64,000 nucleotides of DNA from IMG/VR virus record IMGVR_UViG_3300024991_000250; one strand, written 5' to 3'. Position 1 is the stretch's first letter, and every line of letters begins with the position of its first letter. This stretch comes from a virus. A program made the translations under genes and the position numbers. Positions 44,990 to 55,939 of this stretch are shown here, piece by piece. The notes beneath the pieces were generated by a model. It was not told the DNA's origin and made no database searches. It saw only the letters and a list, made by a program, of their open reading frames with translations.

Positions 44990-45666
44990 CAGCTCACCTT
45001 CTTTCCGGCGAGGCTGATCAGCACCTTGCCACTGGAGAGAACCGTCCCCACCACCACATTGAGCGCATTGGCCGTGGTGTCGATCGCCAGCGCCGCCCCA
45101 CCGGCCGTTTGCCAATAGGTTGCGTTGTGCGCCAGCGTCCGGCCACCCGTCGCGTCCTGCAGCAGTTCGAGCACGAAGGTCTGCCCCACCTTGAGATTGC
45201 TGGTGGCGCCCAGCGTCACCGCCCCGGTCATGGTGCCCTTGGCCGAGCCGAGGAAGTTGGAGAAGTTGATGCCGACGGTCCCGGTCAGATTGCCGAGATT
45301 GACGTTCGCCGCTGCCAGCCAGAGGTCATCAGCGACAATAACCTTGTCCGCAGCAGCGGCCCGGATTTCAGCTGCCGTTGCAATCGCCGCCGCCTGCAGC
45401 GCTGTATCGGCTTTTGCCAAGGAAGCAAGAGCTGGCGCAGAAAGTGCCAGCTCTCGATTAGTAGACAAATCCCCCCCTCCAGCGAGGCCGGAGCCGGCGG
45501 AAATAACCCGGGTTGACAGAACCGGACCATCCTCGGCCATGACCGCGCTATCCGCCAAATCCTTCACCCGCTGGCGGACATAGGCTTCGGTGATGTCCCC
45601 GCCGGCATTGTCGGCGAGGTATGTTTCGGCGTCAGCGTTGAGCTGCGCTCGCGTGCGGACGGTCAT
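44989..45666 (-). CDS. Tail fibre protein (225 aa)
   Basis: AGSGLAGGGDLSTNREL and LLQDATGGRTL fibre motifs. Confidence 0.65.
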   Translation of the reverse strand: MTVRTRAQLNADAETYLADNAGGDITEAYVRQRVKDLADSAVMAEDGPVLSTRVISAGSGLAGGGDLSTNRELALSAPALASLAKADTALQAAAIATAAEIRAAAADKVIVADDLWLAAANVNLGNLTGTVGINFSNFLGSAKGTMTGAVTLGATSNLKVGQTFVLELLQDATGGRTLAHNATYWQTAGGAALAIDTTANALNVVVGTVLSSGKVLISLAGKKVS

Positions 45667-45676
45667 TGCGGCCTCC

Positions 45677-46123
45677 TCAGGCGTTCAGGATGCGATAGAC
45701 GCCAAGTGCATTGACGGTGATCTTGAACGGCGTGCCCTCATTGGCCGTGCGCGGCGCGTCGAGATCGATGAACCAGAGCGGCCGCGAATTGGTCTTGTCG
45801 ATGATGATATAGGCCTCGGTCGGCCCGATATCGCCGCCGGTGGCCGTGACCTCGATATCGGTGCCGTCCAGCATGGCGCCGGAACCTTCAACCGTAGTCA
45901 CGGTCACCGCGAAGGCCTCGCCACCCTCATCCCAGCCATTGCCATAGACTTCACGCGGACGGTGGCCGCCGGAGACGGCGCCGGCCACCTGGTCAAGGGT
46001 GGTGTTGGCCGCGTTGAAGGTCGCCGCGCCGGTCAGAAGCATGATGGCGAGATTGTTGAGATCGACCCCGCCATTGAGGAACAGCGCAGACGTGTGGTTA
46101 TAGCGACTGATGGTGTCAGCCAT
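45677..46123 (-). CDS. Virion structural protein (148 aa)
   Basis: Tail operon; beta-rich. Confidence 0.6.
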   Translation of the reverse strand: MADTISRYNHTSALFLNGGVDLNNLAIMLLTGAATFNAANTTLDQVAGAVSGGHRPREVYGNGWDEGGEAFAVTVTTVEGSGAMLDGTDIEVTATGGDIGPTEAYIIIDKTNSRPLWFIDLDAPRTANEGTPFKITVNALGVYRILNA

Positions 46124-46174
46124 GGTGCATTCCCTTCGAATGTAAGGATGGGCTCTCGCCCGGAGGTATCGGTC

Positions 46175-47635
46175 CTAGCGGAAGCCGAAATTGAACCCGG
46201 ACGAGAAGGCCGGGATGCGCGGCGCGGCGTCATCCGCCGCCGCATTATCGACAGGCACGGTGAGCACCGCGCCGGTCAGGATTGTTGGGGCGAACTCGAC
46301 CTGATCTGTCACATCGACCGGGATCGCCACCGAAGCGCCACCACCCGCCTGGGCCAGATAGTCATGGGCGAAGGTCGTGTCGGTCGGGATTTGCAGCACC
46401 ACGGCCTGGCCGGTGAACGGCGCAATATCGACCTGCACAGTTGCGTCCATCGGCATTGCCAGGATGACGCCAGTCGCAATGGTTGGGGCAATGTCGAACT
46501 GCTCGAGGATGTCGGGCGGCAGGCTCATCGCCGCCCCGCCGCCGCCCATGGCCGGGAAGTCGTGGCCATAGGTCACGTCGACGGGGATCTGAAGTGCCAC
46601 GCCACCACCGGCCTGGACCAGATAGTCGTGGGCGAAGGTCGTATCGGTCGGCAGGGCAAGCGCAACGCCGGTCAGTACGCCCGGCACGAATTGATGAATG
46701 GCGCCGCTATCGGTCGGAATTTCCAGCGTGGCGCCGGAACCGGTCAGGATCGGGTAGTCACGGTCATAGGCCTTGTCGAGCGGCAGGACGAGCACCACGC
46801 CAAAACTGGTGGCGGGCGCCGGACCCATGATTTCCTGAATGGTCAGCCCTGCCCCGCCCCGCGCGAAACTGGTTTGCGATAAGCCGTCGCGCTCGGTGAC
46901 GCGGCCGAGAAAGGCCATGCGTTGCAGCAAGGCAGGGGCCGCGCCCGGGTCCGCGATGAACAGCACCCGGCTGCCGCGCTTGGCCGACCGCAGGAAATCA
47001 TAGCCTGCGCCGAACAATTCGGCTTCCGGAAGGTGATCGAAAGAGCCGCGCCAGGCCCGAGGCTCCGCCCGGCTGCGCACCAGGTCCTCGCCATTCAAGC
47101 TGGTCGCGACAACTGCGCGATCGATGAAGCGCAGATTGTTGCCCTCGTAGCCATAATTGATCGAGGGCTGGAAGAACGGGCCGACGAAAAAGCTGGCGAT
47201 GTCGAGATAGCCGCTGGGGTTGAACGGGTCTTCGATTTCGATCCGAACGGCGCGGGCGGCAACCGCACTATCGAGAATGATGTAAATTGACGGCGATCGA
47301 TCCTCGTCAGCCTCGGCCGGCACTAGCCCTTCCAGCCATCCTGTCGTCACGGCGGGCGGCGCGGACATGTCCAGCGTCGGCCAGAAGCTGGCGCGCACCC
47401 GCGCAGCCGGCGTGCAGTTGGTCCACCCTATATAGACCGCTGCCAGATCGGTGGTCTCCGCCAAGGCCGCATCGAACCTTGTATCGAGCGGCGAGACCGT
47501 GCGCGAGCGGGCGATGAACTCCATGCGCTCTTCGAGCAGGTTTTTCAGCGGCAGTTCATCGATCCAGTCGCCACCCGAAAGCGTCATGGGCGGCGGCGAA
47601 TGAACGAACAGCGCGCGGCGGAGGCTGGTGGCCAT
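46175..47635 (-). CDS. Tail protein with nine C-terminal 22-aa repeats (486 aa)
   Basis: Distal-tail-like N-terminus; G-x-x-L-x-I-P-x-D repeats. Confidence 0.7.
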   Translation of the reverse strand: MATSLRRALFVHSPPPMTLSGGDWIDELPLKNLLEERMEFIARSRTVSPLDTRFDAALAETTDLAAVYIGWTNCTPAARVRASFWPTLDMSAPPAVTTGWLEGLVPAEADEDRSPSIYIILDSAVAARAVRIEIEDPFNPSGYLDIASFFVGPFFQPSINYGYEGNNLRFIDRAVVATSLNGEDLVRSRAEPRAWRGSFDHLPEAELFGAGYDFLRSAKRGSRVLFIADPGAAPALLQRMAFLGRVTERDGLSQTSFARGGAGLTIQEIMGPAPATSFGVVLVLPLDKAYDRDYPILTGSGATLEIPTDSGAIHQFVPGVLTGVALALPTDTTFAHDYLVQAGGGVALQIPVDVTYGHDFPAMGGGGAAMSLPPDILEQFDIAPTIATGVILAMPMDATVQVDIAPFTGQAVVLQIPTDTTFAHDYLAQAGGGASVAIPVDVTDQVEFAPTILTGAVLTVPVDNAAADDAAPRIPAFSSGFNFGFR

Positions 47636-47640
47636 TGCGG

Positions 47641-48042
47641 TCAGGTCCAGTGTTCTTCGGATCGATAGTCAGGAGGAATCGGCACCATGGCCTCCAGCCG
47701 ATCAGCAGCGGCGCGCAGGGCAGCGCGCTCGGCAAGAACGCTCTCCGGCACCGGGCGGCCATCGGTCGGGTCGGCGGCGCGCGTCACATACCAGTCGGTA
47801 TATTTCAGCCGGCGGCCGGCCTCGCGCTTCACCATCTCGACAGTGACGGGCTCCGGTGGTGGCGGCACGAATTCACCATCGACGTAGCGCCATCCCGGCA
47901 TGATCTCGATACCGGCATGGATTTCATGGCCTTCCGGGCAGTAATCGAACTGGGTCTGCAATTGCAGGTCGGACCCGGCCTGGCCGGAGCTGGTCACAAG
48001 ACCATCCTCGCTGCGCACGATGGTAAAGGCGAAATCGCTCAT
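47641..48042 (-). CDS. Tail fibre assembly-like protein (copy 2)
   Basis: Identical to 883-1284. Confidence 0.6.
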   Translation of the reverse strand: MSDFAFTIVRSEDGLVTSSGQAGSDLQLQTQFDYCPEGHEIHAGIEIMPGWRYVDGEFVPPPPEPVTVEMVKREAGRRLKYTDWYVTRAADPTDGRPVPESVLAERAALRAAADRLEAMVPIPPDYRSEEHWT

Positions 48043-48045
48043 GGC

Positions 48046-49422
48046 TCACCGCTTGAGGTTCATGATCGCGAAGGTGGAGCCGGGCAGCATTTTCCAATAG
48101 GCAAGCCCGCTCTCATTGTCCGCGTGGAAGGTGAAATTGTAGGTGCCGGGATTGATGTTCTGCCCATGCACCACCGAGACGCCAAAGGCGAAATTGTCGT
48201 CGTAGAAGGCCCGATACGACTTCATCTCGATACCGTTGTACTTCAGCGAATACCGGATATAGCCGGTCACTTCAGCGCCCGAAGTTGGACGATCGAGGAA
48301 GCCCGCCGCGATGATAACAACGCGGCCCGTGGTGACGGTGAAATTGCCGGAGGCCAAGATGCCTTGCTCGCCATTGCCGGTGAACACGGCCATGTCGGTG
48401 ATGGCGTTTGCTTCAACCGAACCGGTCGCCACCACCGGAACGCCGTTCACAAACAGGGCCTTCGTGTCGATCACACCTGCTGAAAGCCTCCCTGGCAGAA
48501 GCAATCCGTTTTGATCGAAGACGGAAATAGGGCTGCCGCCTGCGTCGAGGAACTTGAAGCGACCGGCCTGGAACCGCATTTCGTAATTGGTGCCGACGCG
48601 AGAGATTTCCATGCCAGCGCCCGCAGCCACGCCACCTGAAACGCTGCGAACCATAAGCTGAAAGTTGGTAGCGGCGCTCGTCGGCCCGGCATTGGCCAAA
48701 AACTGTATCCGACCGTTAGCACTATTGCCGTTGGCTAGAGCCTCAACTTCTGTGGTTTTGGACGACAGTGACCCAAACTGATCGGCGCGGGTCGTCTCTT
48801 CTATCAGCAGCCGCGCCCTGGTTGCGGCAAGGCCGGTGGTGCCATTGTTGACACTGCTTTCCAACGTACTGGTGCGATTGGCGAGTGCGCTGTCCGCACT
48901 CACCCGAGCGCTTTCTTCTGTGCTGATCCGCGACGACAGCGCAGCGAAGCCGGTCGATGGGTTGGTTGCAGATGCCTCCAAAGACGAGGTGCGCGTGGCC
49001 AGAGCGCTATCCGCTGTGACCCGCGAATTCGTCTCGTTGGTGATCTTGGTATTGTAGTCGAGTTTGATCGCGTCGAGATCGCCCTGGATCGGCGCCGTCG
49101 TGGCCGAAACCACATAGCCGCCGCTCGCAGACGCCGGGAACCAGACCCCTTCATTGCCCGAAGGATCAATCGCGCGCACCCACACATACCGAGCCGTCGT
49201 CGTTGTCAGCCCGGCGCGCGTATAGACAGGCAGAACCGTCTCAGCGATCTTCGTGGCGGCCGCGCGGTTATTGGTCGTCGCCTCCCAGATCTCGAACTTG
49301 GCCGGCTGCATATAGCTCCGACAGCCCTGCCCGCTTGGGGCGGCATAGGAGATGTTGAGGATGTAGCCGCCCACCACGCTCGCAACGCCGAGCGCGGTAA
49401 CCGCAATCAGCGATGTCGCCAT
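48046..49422 (-). CDS. Tail tip/fibre protein (copy 2)
   Basis: Identical to 1288-2664. Confidence 0.65.
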   Translation of the reverse strand: MATSLIAVTALGVASVVGGYILNISYAAPSGQGCRSYMQPAKFEIWEATTNNRAAATKIAETVLPVYTRAGLTTTTARYVWVRAIDPSGNEGVWFPASASGGYVVSATTAPIQGDLDAIKLDYNTKITNETNSRVTADSALATRTSSLEASATNPSTGFAALSSRISTEESARVSADSALANRTSTLESSVNNGTTGLAATRARLLIEETTRADQFGSLSSKTTEVEALANGNSANGRIQFLANAGPTSAATNFQLMVRSVSGGVAAGAGMEISRVGTNYEMRFQAGRFKFLDAGGSPISVFDQNGLLLPGRLSAGVIDTKALFVNGVPVVATGSVEANAITDMAVFTGNGEQGILASGNFTVTTGRVVIIAAGFLDRPTSGAEVTGYIRYSLKYNGIEMKSYRAFYDDNFAFGVSVVHGQNINPGTYNFTFHADNESGLAYWKMLPGSTFAIMNLKR

Positions 49423-49425
49423 GAA

Positions 49426-50979
49426 CTAGCCCCAGAGCGTGAGAATGACTTTGTCGTCCTTGGCCACTTCCTGGCGGCCGATGACGACCATCGGCTTGCC
49501 AGCCTGGTAGCCGAGCCGTGGCAGAGTGAGCGTGCCGGTGGAGCCCAGCAGCATTGATGTTGCGTCTTGCCAGTTCACAGAGACCTGCAGAACGTCGCGG
49601 CGAACCTTGTAGAGCGCCAGATAACGGGCCGCTTCGGCTGCAGCGTCGGCCGCCGAGGTGAGGCAGGTTTCGATGACCAGCTCACCGGCCATCGGATGCT
49701 TGATCTTGATCGACGCGTCTTCGGCAATCGCCTCACGCCACTCGTTTTCGACGAAGCTGACAAATGGGTTGCTAGCCTCATCGAGCACGCAAGGCGCGAT
49801 CTCGCTGCGACTATGGACCCGGTAGCAGCGCGAATGGCGCACCACCACCCGCCAGACAGGCAGGCCGTTTTCCGTGTCGCGCGACAGCTCGCGCGCAATG
49901 CTTGACCCTTCGGTCAGGATGAAGGGCTCCGTCAGCGACCAGGTTGGCACCCCGACACCAACAAACCGGCCAACTTGAAGCACGCCGGTCGGGCTTGGCA
50001 CAATCCAGCCCTGCACCGATTGCAGGATCTCAGACACAACCGAAAGCGCTGTCCGCTCCTGCGCGATGTAGATACCCAGCACGAATGGCGCGGCCGCATT
50101 GAGGGCTGCAATCGAGGCCATGTCCAAGGCTGGCGACGTGATGCCAATCTTGGCCAGGATACGCTGCACCAAGGCCCCTGCCCGCTGGTTCGAGCCTTCA
50201 ACCACGTCACAGGTCAGAACGTCATCGGTGATGTGGCCCAGGCGGAACAGCCCCAGCGACAGACACGTCAGATAAGTGCCCGGCGACGGCGAGGCTGCAG
50301 CCAAGGCCGCCAGAGTGGCAACATTGCCCGCATTGGTCAGCGCCACCCCACCATCGAATGCCGCGATGCTCACGACTGCACCGTCATGGGCCTGGTAGAT
50401 TTCCTGTGGCCGGTTTACGCAAATCGGCTCGATGCGAAAGGTCCAGCCGAAGTTCAGCGGCTTGAGCTGATCCTTCAGGTTCTCATCGCCATCAGCCTTG
50501 TTGACGCTGGATGCATCGATTGTGGTGCCACCATATCGATTGGCCTGCACCGGCTTGTCGAGGTCGAGCAGCTTGTCGTAGAGGTGAACGCGCACATCGT
50601 TGTACGCATCGCCCGACGACACGCCGGTCATGGTGGTCCGAAACAGCACCGTCGACGAGGCATAGCTGGCCCGCGCATTGGCGAGCCGCCGCACCGTGAA
50701 GTCCCGGCTATCGACCCCGAAGGCAAAGAGCCCATCGAGCCACCCATCGACATTGACCAATGTGGCCTCGCCTGGGTCGCAGCTCGACGGCCCAAAGGTC
50801 CGGCCCGGCTGGAACAGTGTACGCTCGAGCGTACCGGGATCAGCCACCCGGCGCGTATAGATCGCATTGGCCGCGCTTTCGGTCGGCCGCGTCACCAGCC
50901 CATGGCTCGAATAACGCAGCGTCTCGACGGAGGCCCCGTTGTGGGCCCCCATCTCGATGAGGTATTCGCAGGCATCCAT
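49426..50979 (-). CDS. Tail hub/baseplate-type protein (copy 2)
   Basis: Identical to 2668-4221. Confidence 0.6.
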   Translation of the reverse strand: MDACEYLIEMGAHNGASVETLRYSSHGLVTRPTESAANAIYTRRVADPGTLERTLFQPGRTFGPSSCDPGEATLVNVDGWLDGLFAFGVDSRDFTVRRLANARASYASSTVLFRTTMTGVSSGDAYNDVRVHLYDKLLDLDKPVQANRYGGTTIDASSVNKADGDENLKDQLKPLNFGWTFRIEPICVNRPQEIYQAHDGAVVSIAAFDGGVALTNAGNVATLAALAAASPSPGTYLTCLSLGLFRLGHITDDVLTCDVVEGSNQRAGALVQRILAKIGITSPALDMASIAALNAAAPFVLGIYIAQERTALSVVSEILQSVQGWIVPSPTGVLQVGRFVGVGVPTWSLTEPFILTEGSSIARELSRDTENGLPVWRVVVRHSRCYRVHSRSEIAPCVLDEASNPFVSFVENEWREAIAEDASIKIKHPMAGELVIETCLTSAADAAAEAARYLALYKVRRDVLQVSVNWQDATSMLLGSTGTLTLPRLGYQAGKPMVVIGRQEVAKDDKVILTLWG

Positions 50980-53900
50980 CAGCTGGCCTTTCGCATCGCT
51001 GCGAGGCGAGCCGCCTGCCCATTGTCGCTGACAGCCTTGGCCACCGAGCGAGTGGCCTCGACATTGCTCGATGCGATCTGATCGCCCTGCCGCCGCTCTG
51101 CCCGAAGTTGGGCCAGCTCCTGCCGGAGTTCATCCCTGAGCTGCTGCAATTCACGCACCACGTCGGCCGAGCCATTGCCGTTGGCCGCCGCCATCTGCAT
51201 CGATGCGCCGGTCGGATAGACCTGAGCGCCGCGCGGCAGGTTGAGCAGTTCCGGCCCGCGCTCGCCAACCCAGGCCAAACCGCCGGGATGGAAGCTGGTG
51301 CCGTCCGCATAGCCCGGGACACCCCACTTCATCGCCGCCGAGGTCAACGGGCTTTCGCCAGCACCAAGAGCCGTGCCTATGAACTGCCGATAGAGTTCAG
51401 AGCCGGTCATCCCGCCTGCGATCTTGCTCTGCCAATAGGCGGCGCCCTCAGCATCCGGAGCCCGGCCCAGCACATCCCGATAAAGCCCCAACACGTCCTG
51501 GCTGTAGCCGGAACCAGTGTTGTAGTTATCGTTTGCCGCCCGCTGCAGCGCCATGACGTTGGTGAGGTTGGCAATGGCCTGTGCCACCGACATCACACCA
51601 GAGTTCAGGTCGATCAGCAGGCCAACCTGCTTGTCGAGCGCGGCAAGCTGCTTTTCGGCTTCGGTGAGCTGACCATCCGATACCGCCAAAGCTTGGTCGA
51701 GGAGGGTCTCGACCTCCTTGAAAATGGCGAAATAGGTCTCGCTATTCCGGTAATAGGCACGGGCCTCGGTGAGATAATCCCGGCTCACATTCTCCAGATC
51801 AGCAAGAGCATTGGCATCGCCGCCGAGCGCCTTCTGGCTGACATCGGCGAACTTGCGCTGCACCTCCTGGAACCGCTCCCACTGAGACAGCGGAGAGAGG
51901 TTACTGTCGAGCCGCAGCCCGTCGCGGAACTGCTGCAGCGAACCGATATAGGCCCGCGTCCGATCGATCACTTCATTGAGCGAGCGCGCCTCTGCGTCAT
52001 AGGCCGTGCGCAGGTCCGACCGCGCACTTTCAACCGCACGATTGGCCTCCTCGACCATGGCGAACAGTCGTTCTGGCGACAGCCCGTTTACGAGCTCGTC
52101 GATATACGGCTTCACCATGCCCAGCGCGTTCGCCAGGTCAGGGAACCGCACCGCCAGATCGCTGATCTGATCGGCCGTCAGCTTGCTCTCGTCGATGATC
52201 TTCTGCAGCGTCAGGGTGAGCTCTTCGCCGGCCTTGGGGGCATCGGTGAGCAGGAACGCGGCATCCTTCATGCGCATGTTGAACTGGTCGAGCGCATCGG
52301 CTGCCTGGTTCACATATTCCATGCCGCTGAGGGCGAGGATATTGCGCTCGATCTCGTCATTGAGCGCTCTGCCCATCGTCCCCTGCAGGCGCTCGAAGCT
52401 GTCCTGCAACTTGCGGGCATAGTCACCGTCGCCGGCCGCCCAGGCGAGCGCGCGAGCCTCGATCACCTGCTTCTCGTAATCGGCAAAGGCTGCCGCATAG
52501 GAGGAGATTTTCTCTCCATCCATCGCCGCCATCATCTTCTCGAGCGCCGGCCGGGCTTCGTTGAGCTTCTGCTTGGCCTTTTCCAGTTCGGCATTCATGC
52601 CGAAAAGGCCACCGACCACACCGGCAATGCCGCCGATGACGGCGCCAAGAGGATTGCCACCCATGGCGACAAAACCCTGCAACGCGCCGCCAAGCCCGCC
52701 CATCAGCGGGTTTGCCGATTGATAGCCGAGCCCCAGCCCGCCAAGGCCAGCCGAAATCGCCCCGCCCTGCCCCTTCAGCGCGGCGAAGATGCCCCCGGCA
52801 GCGCCCGCCTGTGTGCCTTCCTTGGCGCCGGCCTTCACCGCATCGCCGATCAGGCCAAAGCCGTTGTCATTGGCGGCCAGGCTGCCGCCGGTCAGTAGCC
52901 CATCGAACACCTTGCCGAGATTGGCCTGCCCGATCTGCGCAAAGCCGGAAAACACCCGGTCAAGGAAGTCGTCGAGGTCCGAAATCGGCTTGGAGAACAG
53001 GTCCGACAATACCGAGCCAAGCGTGCTCTCGATCGCTTCCGCCGCCTGCCGTCCGGCGCTCTTGGCATCGTCCGACAGCGACCGCAGGCCCAGCGAAGAG
53101 GCCTTGAACAGGTTCCCGATCTCCGCCTCGACCGCGCGGCGCTGAAAATCATCGAGCTTGCTGCCATACATGTCGAGCGCGGCCTGCAGCTGCTGCGCCT
53201 CCCGCATCGCATATTCGCCGGGAAACAGCGCTTCGGCCAGCTTGTCGGCCGTCGAGATGAAGCTGTTGAAATCCTTCTCTGCCGCCCTGAGCGCCTTGCC
53301 TGCCGCGCCGGAACTGGCCTCGGTGCGGTCGAACTGCGCATTGGTATTGCCCAGCGCCACGGCCAGCTGTTCATTGTTCAGCGCCAAGAGCCGGTCGACA
53401 TCGGCCTGCGCCGCGCCATTGGCCAGCGTGGCCGAAATGGTCTTGGCCTGTTCGGCATATTGCTGGTTCACCCGCGCCAGCGCCTGCTGGCGGCCGGTCA
53501 GCGCGTCGATACTGTTCTGCGCCGTGACCGTCGAAAGCTGCTGCTCGGCAGCAGCCAGCCCGGTCACTTCGGCCTTGGCCTTCTGATAGGCTTCGGTCAG
53601 CGCCTCGGTACGCTGGACATATTCGTCACGCGACAGGCCCGCCGCGCGCATCGCCTCCAGGCTTTCGCGACCCTTGTCATAATCGATGGTAGCGGCAGCA
53701 AGCCGGTTGCCGGCTTCCTGCGCCGCCGCAACCGCTGGAATGAGCGCCTGCAGCCGCTGCAACGAGCCAGCATAGATATTGGCCGCGCCGGCCGCCTCGC
53801 CATAGCCGCGCGCCGCCTGCAGGGCAGCAGCCTTGGATGCGTCGATGGCTGCAGCCGTGCGCCGCGCCTGTTCTTCCAGCCGCCGTTGCTGATCGACCAG

Positions 53901-55151
53901 CTCCTGGACGCCAGGTCGGATGTCAGCGAAGCTCTGAAGCTCGAGATTGAGCGCCACCTGCGCCCGCTCAGCTTCGTTGGCGCGCTCACGTAGCCCCATG
54001 AGCTGACGAGCCAACTTGAACACATTGTCAGCAAGATCGGAGATGATCGAATTACCTGTCTCGAAGAACAGCCCGCGCGCGGCCTCCGCAGCTGCATCGA
54101 GTTCTTCGCGCGTATTTGACGTCGAGAGGCCAAGCTGCAGCATGTAATCGACCTGCTGTCGAATACTATCCAGCTGATCGCCATCGACGCCGAATATGCT
54201 CGGCGCACTTGGACTATTGAGGTCTGCAAGGACGGTCGACAGGCTGTCATGGACAGCGTCCATATTGGCCTGCAAGACCATGGTCTCACCGGCTATCTCC
54301 CTTATCCCCGCGGCAAGCTCCAGAGCAACGACGCCCTTCGGCAGGCGCGCCGCCGCCTCCCCTGCGTCATTCGCGGCCTGACGAACACTCTCATAGCCGC
54401 GCAGAATGTCGTCGAGCCACTTATCATGTTTTTCAAGCGCTTCTGCCGCCCTGTCAGCTTCACCTTTGGCGGACGCGAACCACTGAATGGCGGCCGCTCC
54501 CAAGGCCACAAACCCGATCGTCAGCAGGCTCACCGGATTGATGATCGACACGAAAGCCGTCGCCAGCCCGCGCAGCGGGTTCTGCATCGTGTTGAGCACG
54601 GCCGAGAGCTGCGTACCCTGTTGCAGCGCGATCATGATGGGGTTCATCCCCATGGCGGCCGTGACGCCGATATCCTGGAACTGCGCCGCGATATTGGCGG
54701 TCGAGCCAACAGCATTGTCGTTCGCCGCCGCCACCCTGTGCATGGATCTGGCGAGATTGTCATTGGCCGAGGCCAGGCCATTGGCATTGGCCCGCGCCCG
54801 CTCCTCCGCCGCCACCAGCCGCTGATATTTCGTCTCCAGCAAGCCCACTGCGTTTGCATGTTGCATGGCATCGATGGCGCCCTGCTCGAAGGCCCGACTG
54901 ACCACAGCCGCTTCGCGGGCCATCTGCGCCTGCAGCGCGATCATGCGGTCGTTGCGCTCCATCACCCGCTGGTAGTCGCGGGCGGCCGAAACCTGCCGGC
55001 GCGTGCTGGTTTCGGTCACCCGGGCCGCGGTCTCGCCCGTGGCTGCCACCTTTTCCTGCGCCGCGCTGACCTTGTTAAGATCGCGCTCGACCTTGTCCAG
55101 GCCCTCGCTCTGGCCGCGCACGGTCACCGAGCGGACGACATTGACCTGCAT
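50979..55151 (-). CDS. Tape measure protein (copy 2)
   Basis: Identical to 4221-8393. Confidence 0.93.
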   Translation of the reverse strand: MQVNVVRSVTVRGQSEGLDKVERDLNKVSAAQEKVAATGETAARVTETSTRRQVSAARDYQRVMERNDRMIALQAQMAREAAVVSRAFEQGAIDAMQHANAVGLLETKYQRLVAAEERARANANGLASANDNLARSMHRVAAANDNAVGSTANIAAQFQDIGVTAAMGMNPIMIALQQGTQLSAVLNTMQNPLRGLATAFVSIINPVSLLTIGFVALGAAAIQWFASAKGEADRAAEALEKHDKWLDDILRGYESVRQAANDAGEAAARLPKGVVALELAAGIREIAGETMVLQANMDAVHDSLSTVLADLNSPSAPSIFGVDGDQLDSIRQQVDYMLQLGLSTSNTREELDAAAEAARGLFFETGNSIISDLADNVFKLARQLMGLRERANEAERAQVALNLELQSFADIRPGVQELVDQQRRLEEQARRTAAAIDASKAAALQAARGYGEAAGAANIYAGSLQRLQALIPAVAAAQEAGNRLAAATIDYDKGRESLEAMRAAGLSRDEYVQRTEALTEAYQKAKAEVTGLAAAEQQLSTVTAQNSIDALTGRQQALARVNQQYAEQAKTISATLANGAAQADVDRLLALNNEQLAVALGNTNAQFDRTEASSGAAGKALRAAEKDFNSFISTADKLAEALFPGEYAMREAQQLQAALDMYGSKLDDFQRRAVEAEIGNLFKASSLGLRSLSDDAKSAGRQAAEAIESTLGSVLSDLFSKPISDLDDFLDRVFSGFAQIGQANLGKVFDGLLTGGSLAANDNGFGLIGDAVKAGAKEGTQAGAAGGIFAALKGQGGAISAGLGGLGLGYQSANPLMGGLGGALQGFVAMGGNPLGAVIGGIAGVVGGLFGMNAELEKAKQKLNEARPALEKMMAAMDGEKISSYAAAFADYEKQVIEARALAWAAGDGDYARKLQDSFERLQGTMGRALNDEIERNILALSGMEYVNQAADALDQFNMRMKDAAFLLTDAPKAGEELTLTLQKIIDESKLTADQISDLAVRFPDLANALGMVKPYIDELVNGLSPERLFAMVEEANRAVESARSDLRTAYDAEARSLNEVIDRTRAYIGSLQQFRDGLRLDSNLSPLSQWERFQEVQRKFADVSQKALGGDANALADLENVSRDYLTEARAYYRNSETYFAIFKEVETLLDQALAVSDGQLTEAEKQLAALDKQVGLLIDLNSGVMSVAQAIANLTNVMALQRAANDNYNTGSGYSQDVLGLYRDVLGRAPDAEGAAYWQSKIAGGMTGSELYRQFIGTALGAGESPLTSAAMKWGVPGYADGTSFHPGGLAWVGERGPELLNLPRGAQVYPTGASMQMAAANGNGSADVVRELQQLRDELRQELAQLRAERRQGDQIASSNVEATRSVAKAVSDNGQAARLAAMRKAS

Positions 55152-55178
55152 CGCAAACTCCTGGTGGCGGGAAGCCGT

Positions 55179-55939
55179 CTAGCGGCCAGATTGAGGTTTG
55201 GTTTTGGATCGCTCTGCGACCCATTTGAGATAGACCCCATCCAGGCTGCGGATGAGGAACCGGAAGGCCTCGAAATCATCGGTGCCGGTCACACCGAAAC
55301 GGGCGGCATAGGCGTCGAGCGCAGTGAAAGGCACCGGCCCGACGCCCATGCCCATCGGCCGGTCGGTATGGACTTCCCACCACGCCGACCAGGCGAATTG
55401 CAGATGCATTTCCATCTCGGGGCGGTTGGCCAGCGCCTTTGGCGTCTCGCCAGTCTCCGCCTCGAGGTCTTCAAGCCATTCTAGCTTGTCTGCCCAGTCG
55501 AGCTGCCAGACGAGCGCGGCTTCGAGTTTTTTGCGTCATCCTCCAGGGAGACGCGGGCCTCTTCTTCGGCGACGCCGGCAGCCCAGACCACGGCATCGCG
55601 CAGCGCCTGCATATCCACTTCGCTCAGCAGCTGCTTAGCCAGCTCAGGCGAATAGGCCAGCGGCTTGTTGTCGTCGTCCTCGAACCCCTTCCAATCGACG
55701 AGAATGGTATCGGCAAGGCAGCGTCCATCCACCTGCGCCTTCATCTCGGGATCGGTGATGGCGCCTGCCCGCTTCTTGCCGCGGGGCACCGTCTGGATCA
55801 GCCGCTGGTAGAGCACGCGGTAATCCGGATTGCCCTGCGGGCGCACCTTCAGTTCGACACCGGGAAAATCCGGTATGTCGCCGATCCAGATGCCCGCTTC
55901 GGCCTTGGCCAGATCAGTCTTGAGGCTGTTCATTTTCAT
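55179..55939 (-). CDS. Tail assembly chaperones G/GT with -1 frameshift at 55526-55532 (copy 2)
   Basis: Identical to 8421-9181. Confidence 0.8.

Noticed and set aside
43495-47635. Diversity-generating retroelement or invertible fibre cassette
   Set aside because: No reverse transcriptase or invertase ORF. The 51-bp repeat pair lies inside one gene, and its differences are not confined to adenines on one strand.
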